From assembly GCF_963921235.1 (NCBI RefSeq), contig NC_086108.1, forward strand, positions 34,846,001 through 34,910,000: a stretch of 64,000 nucleotides of DNA. Reading direction: 5' to 3'. Shown one piece after another: positions 50,602 through 61,624 of this stretch. This stretch comes from Mobula hypostoma (taxonomy: Eukaryota). The translations under genes and the position numbers were made by a program. The notes beneath the pieces are model-generated. The model ran no database searches, was not told the DNA's origin, and worked only from the letters and a program-made list of their open reading frames with translations. Within the stretch, counting starts at the first letter, position 1. The number at the start of each line of letters is the position of its first letter.

Positions 50602-51903
50602 TATATACCCTTCTTGTTTTTTTCACTGTTTTTAATGGAGGTCGGGATTGAGGACGTGATTTTAAGTTTAACTCTGTTTGGTTTCAAGTTAGCCCATTGC
50701 TTTGCTTTGCTTTTAGTTAGTTGCACGGTGGGTTTTTTTGGGTTTTTTTTTTCTTTTTCTCCATTGATATATATATAAAATGAGTATACTATTATGTTAC
50801 CTTGGTATGTTATGTTTAAATTACATTGTTTGTAGTATTTTTTTTGTATTAATATCTTCTGTAATTTTATTATATTCTAACAATGTATTAGTGTCTATAT
50901 GGCTTACTTTTTTGTATACTTATTTAATAAAAAGATTTAAAAAGAAAGAAAGAAACCTCTGCTGTAGAATTAAATGTGAATTAGGTTGCAGCTACAACAT
51001 GAAGGCTTGGCTCTGCAGCTGCATCTGACTCAGGCAAGCTTCATCTGACTTCTGGGACACACTCAATTTGGAACAAAGTAATAAGCAAAGAATTAGCTCA
51101 AATTTCTAATTGGATTAACTGTGTTCAATTCTGAAGGATTAATGATTTTTTTTATTTGTTTAAAGATTGACTTGGCTCACCACAGTGTTAGGAGTCCTGC
51201 CAAAATAGCTACAGTGCGGCAAAAATATCTGCAATAACTCCCTGCTGCTATTTATCCAAATAGTCCAGCAATGATCTATTCTGTCTATGGTATTATTGCA
51301 TGCAGTTGGGTCTTGGGGTTTTGATCTAATTGATGCTTAAATTTAAAGTGAAGGAAATAAGTGACAGTTACCATGGAAAAGCACATCAAACATTGCATTT
51401 GCATTTGAATATTTTGTGTGGCTGACCTTTTATTCATGGCTGCTTTCATTTTCTCACTGCTACTTAGAGCATTTCTTCTTCCATGCCGTTGCTGATCCCA
51501 AGGACACTTTGATCACTTGGACGCTGGTGCTCTCCGGTGCATTCGCAGCACTCCAGTCTATCACCTCAGTAAACCCAAGTGGAGCACGCCAGCCCACATG
51601 GGGGGAAATATTGTTACTCATTCCCTTTCTCACTTCGTCCCGTGAGTTAGAGCTCTGTAGAACTCTGCTTCAAGCTCACTTGGAGTATTGTGTTTATTTC
51701 TAGTTGCCTCGCTGTGGGAAGGATAGGACGATAAGACATAGGAGCAGAATTAGGCCATTCAGCCCATCAAGTCTGCTCCGCCATTTCATCATGGCTGATC
51801 CCGGATCCCATTCGACCCCATACACCTGTCCTTTCACCATATCCCATGATGCTCCGACCAATCAACTTTGAATAAACCCATGGACTTGAGTGAAGAAGCT
51901 TTA

Positions 51904-52604
51904 GAGTCGACTGGGGTGATATACTGCGTCCGGTGCTCCCGATGTGGCCTTTTATATATTGGCGAGACCCGACGCAGACTGGGAGACCGCTTTGCTGAAC
52001 ACCTACGCTCTGTCTGCCAGAGAAAGCAGGATCTCCCAGTGGCCACACATTTTAATTCCACATCCCATTCCCATTCTGACATGTCTATCCACGGCCTCCT
52101 CTACTGTAAAGATGAAGCCACACTCAGGTTGGAGGAATGACACCTTATATTCCATCTGGGTAGCCTCCAACCTGATGGCATGAACATCGACTTCTCTAAC
52201 TTCCACTGATGCCCCACCTCCCCTTCGTACCCCATCTGTTACTTATTTTTATACACACATTGTTTCTCTCACTCTCCTTTTTCTCCCTCTGTCCCTCTGA
52301 ATATACCTCTTGCCCATCCTCTGGGTTCCCCCCGCCCCTCCTTGTCTTTCTTCCCGGACCTCCTGTCCCATGATCCTCTCGTATCCCCTTCTGCCTATCA
52401 CCTGTCCAGCTCTCGGCTCTATCCCTCCTCCTCCTGTCTTCTCCTATCATTTTGCATCTCCCCCTCCCCCTCCAACTTTCAAATCCCTTACTCACTCTTC
52501 CTTCAGTTAGTCCTGACGAAGGGTCTCGGCCTGAAACGTTGACTGCACCTCTTCCTAGAGATGCTGCTTGGCCTGCTGCGTTCACCAGCAACTTTGATGT
52601 GTGC
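51904..52604 (+). mobile_element. Penelope-like element 3' portion (GIY-YIG endonuclease and pseudo-LTR)
   Basis: GVIYCVRCSRCGLLYIGETRRRLGDRFAEHLRS...PVATHFN...LEE*HLIFHLGSLQPDGMN, followed by a pyrimidine-rich UTR and a hammerhead motif. Confidence 0.92.
52509..52544 (+). ncRNA. Minimal type-I hammerhead ribozyme motif (Penelope-associated)
   Basis: AGTC-CTGACGA-a-GGGT(CTCG)GCCT-GAAA-CG-TT-GACT: stem I AGTC/GACT, intact CUGANGA and GAAA core, palindromic ACGT in place of stem III. Confidence 0.75.
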
Positions 52605-53689
52605 TGCTGGATTAGAGAACATGTTTTATGAGGAAAGGTTGAGCAGACTAAGGCTCTTTGGAGCAAAGGAGGATGAAAAGCAACTTCATAGAGCTGCAAA
52701 CGATTATCAGAGGGATTTGTAGAGCGGGCAGCCAGCACTTTTATTTCCCAGTACAGCAATTGCTAATACCAGAGGATATCTTTCTTAGGTGAGTGGAAGA
52801 AAGTTTAGGGGTGATTTCAGAGGTAGGGTTTTTATACAGAAAGTGCTAATGCCTGGAGTAAACTGTCAGGGGTGGTGGTAGAGTCTGATCCATCTGGGAC
52901 ATTTAGGATTCTCTTAGATAGGCACATGGATGAAAGAAAAAGGGAAAGCTGTGGGCTATGTGGGAGGATAGGGTTAGGTTGATGATATAGTAGGTTAAAA
53001 AGACAGCACAACTTCGTGGTCCAAACGCGCTTCTGCTGTGCCTGTGTTCTGTATTCACACTCCGCATGTCTGCAATGCTCCTGACATTGATATTTTAATC
53101 CAATCGCCAAGACACTTTTATGTCGTGTATGAAATTCTGATTGTATGTTAGGTAGCTCTTGAACTGCTGTTATAACTTATCTTCTATGTCAGGGATAAGC
53201 TTTTTCCCATTTCAGCTCTGTGGGTCTGAGATGACTGATAGAACACGATGCCAGAGGAGCTGGTGCAATCAGATACAATTGCCATGTTTCAGCGACACTT
53301 AACTGGGCACTGAGTTGGCTTGTTTACTCTATTGTCATATACGCCAGGGGGCAATGACATTTGTTGATCACTTGTAACTCACGGAGTACAGAACATATAT
53401 GATAGTACAAATACAACAATAAGTACAGCGATAAGCGCAAAAGAGAACGCAGAGTGCAAAGTAGAGAAGTGCAAAAAGAAATGCAGAAGTGACAGAATGG
53501 AAGAAGCTGAATGAAAAGTTTGAGACTGTGCACCATCACTGAGCAGAGAATTTGATACAAGAAGCTGCAGGTGTGAAAATCCGAACCAACCTGCAAAGGT
53601 GCTGGAGGAACTCAGTGGGTCAGACCACACCTATGGGGGAAAATCGATGGTCACCATTTCTGTTGCAGACCCTTCATTCAGGGGTGCTT

Positions 53690-54668
53690 GGTTCAGAAGT
53701 CAGATAGCAGTGGGGAATGAGCTCTTCTGAAGTCTGTTCATCCAGGCTCTCAATCTCCTGTAAACAGTCTAACACTACCGGCACGTCATACCAGGTGGGA
53801 ACTGGGAGGTGGCAGGGAGCTCAGCGGTCTCACAGCCTGGGGGAAGAAGCAGCTTCCCATCCTTACAGTCCTTGAGCAATGCCACAGTACCTCCTGCCTG
53901 ATGGTAGGGGCCGGATCGGAGAGATCATTGACAATACTAAGGACCCTGCCTACGCAGCGCTCCTGATAAATTATTCCGATGGGTGAAAGAGAGATTCCAA
54001 TGGTGCTGTCAGCAGTCCATGCAATCCTTTTAGGGACTTGCAGTCAGATGCCTTGCGATTCCCATACCAAACGGAGATGTGGCTGATCAGGACACTCTCT
54101 ACAGTGCTCCTGTAAAACTTGGTTAGCGTGGTGGAGGGGGGTGGGCGGAGTCTCTCTCATCTCAATCTCCTCAGGAAGTGGAAACGCTGCTTTCTTGACT
54201 AAAGTGGTGGCGATGAGGGATCAGCTGAGATCATCCATTATGTGCATTCCAGAAACTTGGTGCTCCTAACTCTCTCCATGAAGGAGCCATTTTTTGTGCA
54301 TTGAGGATTGGTCAGCTGAACCTTTCTAAAGTCCACAATCATCTCTTTAGTCTTGTCTACGTTAAGTCACAAGTTGTTGTGCTCATACTACTCTACGAAG
54401 AGTTCTACCTCCTCTGTGCTCCGTCTCACCGTTGTTGTTGATGAGGCCAGCCACTGTTGTGACATTAGCGAACTAGATGATTTGGTTTGAACCAGCTCTA
54501 GTAGTGCAGTCATGCATCATCCGTGTGAATGGCTGCGGGTTCAGCACATAGTCCTGGTGCTCAGTGTGATGAGCTAGAGATGTTGCTGCCAGCACGGACT
54601 GATGTGGCCTTTCTGTCACAGAGTCCGAGATCCTGTTGCAGAGAGAGGTGTTGAGACCCAACGCCTGA
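53690..54668 (-). mobile_element. Rex1/Babar LINE relic
   Basis: Minus-strand [19 protein letters not shown]...MMHDCTTRAGSNQII, similar to the 28060-30935 element. Confidence 0.75.
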
Positions 54669-54689
54669 TATAGACATAGACATGATATG

Positions 54690-55322
54690 GACATATCAGA
54701 ATGGGAATGGGATGTGGAATTAAAATGTGTGGCTCCACATCCCATTCCCATTCTGATATGTCTATCCACGGCTTCCTCTACTGTAAAGATGAAGCCACAC
54801 TCAGGTTGGAGGAACAACACCTTATATTCCGTCTGGGTAGCCTCCAACCTGATGGCATGAACATTGACTTCTCTAACTTCCACTAATGCCCCAAGTCTCC
54901 CTCGTACCCCATCCGTTATTTATTTATATACACACATTCTTTCTCTCTCTCTCCTTTTTCTCCCTCTGTCCCTCTCACTATACCCCTTGCCCATCCTCTG
55001 GGTTTTTTTTCTCCCCCTCCCCCCTTTCCTTCTCCCTGGTCCTTCTGTCCCATGATCCTCTCATATCCCTTTTGCCAATCACCTGTCCAGCTCTTGGCTA
55101 CATCCCTCCCCCTCCTGTCTTCTCCTATCATTTTGGATCTCCCCCTCCCCCTCCCACTTTCAAATCTCTTACTACTCTTCCTTCAGTTAGTCCGGACGAA
55201 GGGTCTCGGCCCAAAACGTCGACTGTACCTCTTCCTAGAGATGCTGCCAGGCCTGCTGCATTCACCAGCAACATTGATGTGTGTTGCTTGAATTTCCAGC
55301 ATCTGCAGAATTCCTCGTGTTT
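54690..55322 (+). mobile_element. Penelope-like element 3' portion with a fold-back 5' junction and a mutated hammerhead (55189-55224)
   Basis: Near-identical to 52060-52600 (STSHSHSDMSIHG.LYCKDEATLRLEEQHLIFRLGSLQPDGMNIDFSNF); 29-bp inverted duplication at its 5' end. Confidence 0.92.
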
Positions 55323-55344
55323 ACGTAGAAACAAGGAGTGCTGT

Positions 55345-55560
55345 TAGACTGAAGCCAATGGGTGTCATGGGAAAAATACTCCGATGATTGGAGTTGTACT
55401 ATGAAGGATGATGGTTATGGTTGTTGGAGGTCAATCATCCCAGCACCAAGATATCACTGCAGAAGTTCCTTGGGATAGTGTTCTGGCCTCAACCATCTTC
55501 AGTTATCTCATCAATGACCTTCCTTCTACCAGAAGGCCAAAATTGTGCAGTCACTGCATA
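55345..55560 (+). mobile_element. Old LINE RT fragment
   Basis: VVGGQSSQHQDITAEVPWDSVLASTIFSYLINDLPS is a degenerate GVPQGSVLGP...INDLP motif. Confidence 0.6.
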
Positions 55561-55809
55561 TTTATTTCCACTGACAGTCCCTTGCTAAATGAAGTATGAC
55601 TCATTAAGCAGCAAAGTTTGTAGCATTAGTTCAATGATGCATTGATGTATTAACTATTTAGTTATAATTGACTGAGCAAGCAATTAGTAGGTTAATCTAG
55701 TATATTTGATCAGTTTTCTGTCCAGCAGCAAAAAAAACTTTTTGAAGTAATATTGACAGATTAAGTTTGTGACCTATGATAAATTATCAAAGTAATTTAA
55801 TCACATTTT

Positions 55810-56320
55810 ACTCAGATGCCTATGAAGGTTCTCAGTCATCCCAGTCATTGTATATCAAGCAAATAGTAAATCAAGGCAACTGGACTTACCGTGTTGTCTA
55901 CAAGACATTTCACTGCACATCCAAGAGGCTTCTTCTGTTCTAAACCATGGTGCGTAGTCTTCCGGCTTATAAACTCTGTGAGTTGTTTTAAGGTACAGCA
56001 ATCACATGAGGGTTGTCAAGAGTTGTAGAGGTAACGAGTCATTAGTCTTCTGTTTGCACGAATGAAGGTGTGAACTGTTGTGGAGATGCCAGGTAAAGAT
56101 GTTAGGACTATATTGCAAGTAGCTGACAGGTGGTGTCATACCCCACCCCCTCTGATCAGGAATGGGTTCTTCAGTTTGACAGAGATGGCTTCTTTACCCT
56201 TCTTTCAAATACAAAGATGTCTTCTACAGGCAGGAACATGGTTGCACCGTGGGCTTACCAGTGTCTCCCACTGTAGCCAACTTATACATGGAAGAAATAA
56301 AAAGAACAGCCTTGAACACC
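55810..56320. mobile_element. Second Penelope family: inverted GIY-YIG end/pLTR (minus, 55810-56200) fused to an RT fragment (plus, 56200-56320)
   Basis: Minus: KEAISVKLKNPFLIRGGG.*HHLSAT and degenerate hammerhead gaacagaagaagcctcttggatgtgcagtgaaatgtc. Plus: FFQ(fs)YKDVFYRQEHGCTVGLPVSPTVANLYMEE (Penelope RT motif GxAMGSPVSPxxANLYME). Confidence 0.75.
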
Positions 56321-56328
56321 TTATATGG

Positions 56329-59066
56329 TGTTATTGTTAGATTAAGCATTCTTTGTTGTTTCAGTAATTCATTATGGTTATCTGTATGAAATATGTGAAT
56401 TGCATGCATCATGATGCTACCACGTGATATGTGTGGGCCTTACTTAAAGTAAAAAACGGTGCATGACTTATCTCCCCACTCTCTTGTTTTGCTTTCCATT
56501 AGATTTAATGTTTTGAAGTTACATTGCTAATGAGTTATTTTTAAAATGAACCCGAGACAACTACCTACCCATTGAAGCACAATGAGACATTTGAGTTTTA
56601 AGAAAAGCAGCATAGCATATGTTCTTCAGAAGGGAAGACACGATTGAGTTAAATATAAAACAGATTTCACTGGTTCATAAACAGTGAGTATCGGGCGGCA
56701 ATAATCCTTTTAGAAGAAGAGCAGAACTAGCTGGCTACATCGAGAAGAATGATGTATTCAATTGCTCAACAGCTAACTGAATTGTGTGATTGAACAGTAT
56801 TTTGAAGCAAGTAAAATAGACAAAGAGAAATTAGTACAGACTTTGCTGAGTGTATTGTGTTTAAAGGCATACAGTTTGCTTCAAATTTGACTGCTCCAAC
56901 CAAACCAGTGGAAGTGAGCTTTGCTGATATCATAAAAGTAATGCAGGAACATTTAGACCAAAACCACTTTTGCTTGCAGAATACTCTAGATTTAATAAGT
57001 GGAATCAAGAGAAAGTGGAGTCCATTTCTGCACACGTGGCTGAACTGAAGAGATTGTCTGAGCATTGTCAGTTCAGTAATGGACTTCATGATACACTAAG
57101 AAGTATATTTAATGTGTGGAATCTTAACAGAATCCATTCAAAAATGGCTCCTAACTGAGCACAACTTACATTTAAAAGAGCAGTTGAAATAGCTGTATCA
57201 ATGGAAACAGTAGACTGAAATGCAATTGCATTGCAGTCAGGAATGAAAGAGAATGTGAATAAAATTGTAATATCTAAACAGACACTGGCCTGGCCTAACA
57301 AATTGTGTTACTGTGGTGGTGACGCCTCACATACACCAGATCAATGCAGATTTAAAGCTGAAAATTACAGAAAATACAACAAAGTAAGACAGATCCAAAG
57401 CACATGTCTGACAGACAAAAACAAATGGACTGCACAGGGAAGGGAAAAAAAATAAAAAGTCAAGTTGCAGTTTCAAAAAGAGCATTATTCTGCATGCTGT
57501 TGATGAAAACTCTGATAATGATGAGAGTGACACAGGACTGCGTAGCCTTGTGATTTACATTGTGAAAAATAACAATAGACAAACAACACAGCTTATACCA
57601 GAAGTGAATGGCAAATTAAATAAATAGATTTGGACACTGGCTAAGCTGTTTCAGTCATTCTACTAGATGAGTTTCAACGGCTTTTCAAAGGTCTGCAGAT
57701 ACCCAGCTTAGAATTTATGCCAGAAAAACGGTAACTCCTGTGGGAATGACATTTGTAACAGTGAAATACAACAACTAACATGGCACATTGGGCTTGCATG
57801 TGGTAAAAACAGGGGGGCTAGTATTATAGGGGTGTGATTGGCTGAGACGACTACAATTTGAGTGGAGATCCATCCTCCATTTTCATGCCACATCCTCTGC
57901 AACAGAGTCAACTACTAGTGAATTAAGAGAAGTACTGGATGATGCCACAACTGTTGTACACCTTGAACCATTGCCCAACAGGACAAACAAGTGTTGGTGC
58001 CAACATGTGTGCCTCTATTTGGAAGGTATATTGGCCAAGGAAGGACCATGCTGCTCAGAGAAGCATGAAACTGACGAAAGCATTGGTCTAACTACAACAG
58101 ATTTTGTAGGCAACATATCTGAAAAACTTCTGATATGTTAATTAGGCAATTACTTGCAAAATGTGACTTGGTTTTAAGCTGGAAGAGATTTGAAGAGCTT
58201 CAGGAAAGTTGCAAGCATTTGGCTTTTGTGAATATAAAGAACGAGAATCTGCTTTGCATACGTTAAGGTCATTGCATGAACTTCAAAGGGAGACACAAAA
58301 CTGCTTATAAAAGTAGATACAAAGACCAAAGCCAGCTGGGTAAACTGAAGGTCAAAAAGAAAGAAGTCATTGGAGATATGAAAACATCAGATGATGTTGT
58401 AGATGAGGAAACAAAAAAGGAGAACTCAGATTGTAAAGGGAGCAATAGAAGGATTAATAAGAGAACATTCCAGTAAACTAAATGGACTTTCCCAAATTCA
58501 AGAAGCAGAAGCTAGAAGAAGACAAAGTAAGGGGAAGGAAGATGTCCAGAGCTGTCAGAACTGCTTCCTGCAGTCTCAGAGTCAGCTCACGCATGGAGGA
58601 AGCCCCAGAACCTGAGATTGTTTTCACAGCCACAAGTCTCACCTGCCAAGCAGAACAGCTTCCCTTGTCAGGAAAGGCATATCCCACAAGAGCAACAAGT
58701 CCTCCACAGTGATTAATTCTTTATGCCTGAATGGCTCAATTTAAAATTGACTATGCTGTGGATGTCTGTATAGTAGTCGTATCATATAGTATATTGTGTA
58801 TGTAGTTGAGATGCATTCTATGAGTTGGATTTATAGCTAAGCAGGGAGGAGTATTGTATATTTAATATTTCAGTAATATTTGAGTAATATTGTAAATAAA
58901 TTGTTTAAGCATTTTGTTATTTAAATCATGATGGTTATTTGCACAAAATATGTAAATTGTGTGCATCATGATGCTACCACGTGATATGTGTGCGCCTCAC
59001 TTAAAGTAAAAAGATGCATCTCTCGACTCCAATTAGTTTAATATTTTGAAGTTGCCAAACACAACA
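56329..59066 (+). mobile_element. Gypsy LTR retrotransposon, internally deleted (gag and protease relics; RT/RNase H/IN not recognisable)
   Basis: Related LTRs at about 56329-56523 and 58852-59066 share tgcatcatgatgctaccacgtgatatgtgtg...cttaaagtaaaaa; PPT aagcagggaggag at 58839-58851; gag NLTAPTKP...ESISAHVAELKRLSEHCQF, zinc-knuckle relic HTPDQCRFK, protease LDTG. Confidence 0.85.
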
Positions 59067-59345
59067 GGGTGCTGCTGCGCAACAACTCCAGGGACCCAGT
59101 TCTGTCCCGACCCACTGCTGTCTGTGCTGTGTTTGCACATTCACTTTGTCACATTATGGGTTTCTTCCCACATTCCAAGCACTTGCTGATCGGTTAATTG
59201 GCTGCTGCAAATGACTGGTACAGGTAAATGGTGCAAAGGATCGGAAGAATGTGGATGGGAGTGAAGTTGGATTTATTGTTGTTGTTCCCCAGATGCCAAC
59301 ATGAAATCAATGGTCTGTGCCCTTCTGTTTTACTGTAAGTGTGTA
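59067..59345 (+). mobile_element. Degenerate V-SINE (a second, minus-strand copy lies at about 59905-60205)
   Basis: ctccagggacccag...tgctgtctgtgctgtgtttgcacatt...ttcccacattccaa...ggttaattggctgctgcaaat. Confidence 0.5.
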
Positions 59346-60654
59346 AGGTTTGGTCTCATATGGATATGATTGCAGTGGAGAGAGTATTGTGAAATTCACC
59401 AAATTGATTACTGTGATGTATAACCCCATCACCCCCTCCTGTCAAAAAGCCTAAGAGGGTTCCCATGGTGAGTCTCAGCTCACAAGATGCCCATGGAATC
59501 CAGAATTACAAATTAATCCATCACAATCCAACAGGTAAATGTATCTGCAGGGGCATTTGTGGGCTGAGGGCTAGGTTTTATGTGATCTATTAACTCACTG
59601 AACACGATAGATGTCTGAGTGATTGCTTGGTTAAAAAGATCCCATAGGGAAGGGGCACATTCCAATTGTGACTACCAAAGTTAATGTGGATCATCAAAAT
59701 TAATGTGAAATGAGATTTACAGATAATATATGGAATATTAGACTGTCACAGCAATAGAGCTGTCAATGCCAAGTAAAAAGCAACTCCTCCTAAATACCAC
59801 ATCATTCCACAGTTTTAAAATTTCCAGAATTAGTTAGTTTAGCATAAGTGAAAAGAAAGAAAATTCCAGGTTACAACGGAAGTCATCATTTGGTGTTGAA
59901 TATGCATGCAGCAAGGAAACCCACTATTGAGTCCATGCTGGAAAATCAACCACCTAATTATACTAATTCTACATTAATCTATTTAGTTAAATTTCTCCCA
60001 CAGCCACACCTCCCTGACTTGATTCTACTACTACCCACCTGAATGCCAGGGGCAATTTACAGAGGCCAGTCAACCTAATAACCTGCATATGCTTGGAATA
60101 TGGGTGGAAACAGAGCACGTGGGGGAGGCACATGCAGTCACAGTGAGAACGTTCAGCACTAGCACAGAGAGCTGTGGGGGTCTGGTCTGAACACAGGTCA
60201 CTGATTGTGAAACAATCGTTGATCACTTTTATTTCAGCTTTCCTGCACCCAATATGTAACACGTCTTTTGATTATTTTTCCTTTCTCCAGCTGCCTTCAT
60301 TCAACTCTTAACAGCTATGAAAGCAATGTGTCATCTGGACAGTTGTGACCCAACATTGGGCATTCCTTCTGTTCTCTCCTCCCATCACCACTCAAGTTTA
60401 AAACACACGAGTTTTCTCACCTTTCCTATTCTGGTTAAGGGTCATTAATTAGATATGTTAATACAGTTTCTGTCTTTGTAGACGGATTGACACATTCCCA
60501 AACAGAGTTGTATGACTTGCTGTGTCCTTCCCGGGTTCTCGGCATTTATTTCAGATCTCCACCATCGTGGATGCAAGCTTCACGGCAGTTGTGACAATGA
60601 GCGATGTGACAGATGTACCTGTCGTCTAATTCTCCCCTTTCTTCGTTGGTCCAG

Positions 60655-60820
60655 GTCCACTTGCTGAAGGACCAGTTGGCAGCTGAAGCAGCGGCTCGAA
60701 TCGAGGCCCAGGCTCGGGTGCATCAGCTGCTGCTGCAGAACAAGGATCTGCTCAAACACATCTCGCTGCTCGTGAAGCAAGTGCAGGAACTGGAGTTCAA
60801 ACTTTCTGGCCACGGTTCAA
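60655..60820 (+). CDS. NOS1AP: NOS1AP coding exon (equivalent to human exon 9), 166 nt, phase 0-1, coiled-coil region
   Basis: Acceptor ...ttcgttggtccAG (60653-54), donor CAA|GTAAGC at 60821. Translates [55 protein letters not shown]. Phase is compatible with both neighbouring exons. Confidence 0.97.
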
Positions 60821-61624
60821 GTAAGCAATGACCGGTCACTATTTACCTGCTCTTTAACAAACTGGCAGCTGCTAGGGAGTTGTGAACAGCCAGTGGAACA
60901 CCCCCGTTTATTTTTCAAAATGCCCCTGGTAAAGATTTTTAATCTGTGAATATAAATGAAAGGTTTAATGTTTGGGAAATCTTAGGAAATTTGTAATGCA
61001 TTGAGTACACTGATTCTTATACTCGTACATTGTCAGGGCTGAGTCCTTTCATCATTCAAATATAGATAAGCGTCATAATCATGATGATGAAGCCTTGTGG
61101 TGCATTTCTTAACTTATTATGAATTTTAGCAGATCTTACAGTGCTGGTTGTGCTTGTAATTTTTATATGCTTGCTTATTTAGTGGAGGATGAGCTTATAA
61201 TTAGTCCTTTGAGTAACTGAGGTCCTCTGCAGATGTCTAATATCTCCAGCCATGTACATCCAATGTTTTATATATTGATAATACAGTGAAAATCTGTGGG
61301 GACATGAACATTTTGGAACTTGGAAAATGTTTACTTTTTAACTAAGGCTGTGACTGTTGAGATTTATTATTCATCTGCACTGGGACATTTTTTTTTGTTT
61401 TGCAGAGGAATACTATTATTACGATAGAAATGCCTGAAGTTTTCAATTACCAAGTGTCTCAGTTATCACATAGGCACTTTACATTGTACAAAATGTCATC
61501 CTGTTCCCCTGTAGAGTTAGTGTTTCCCTTGGGTTGGGGTGTTTAGAGTCCATTCTCACTGCCTCAAAATAAGTGCTTGGGCATTAAGGACAGAGATAAA
61601 AAGAAATTTCTTCATCCAGACAAC

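Larger units (their letters stand above)
45173..50954 (+). mobile_element. Full-length L1-clade LINE (about 5.78 kb), sense to NOS1AP
   Basis: TSD ACCTCTGCTG at 45163-45172 and 50955-50964; 5' GGGGACTTCCGGT; AATAAA at 50926-31 followed by an (AAAG)n tail. Confidence 0.95.
51640..53055 (+). mobile_element. Old CR1 fragment hosting a minus-strand CR1 3' end (about 51731-51870) and a Penelope copy
   Basis: LELCRTLLQAHLEYCVYF before the inserts; ggattagagaacatgttttatgaggaaaggttgagc resumes at about 52608. Confidence 0.7.

Noticed and set aside
60580..60813. Antisense ORFs over NOS1AP exons 9 and 10 (also 62630-62887)
   Set aside because: Expected shadow frames of GC-rich coding exons.
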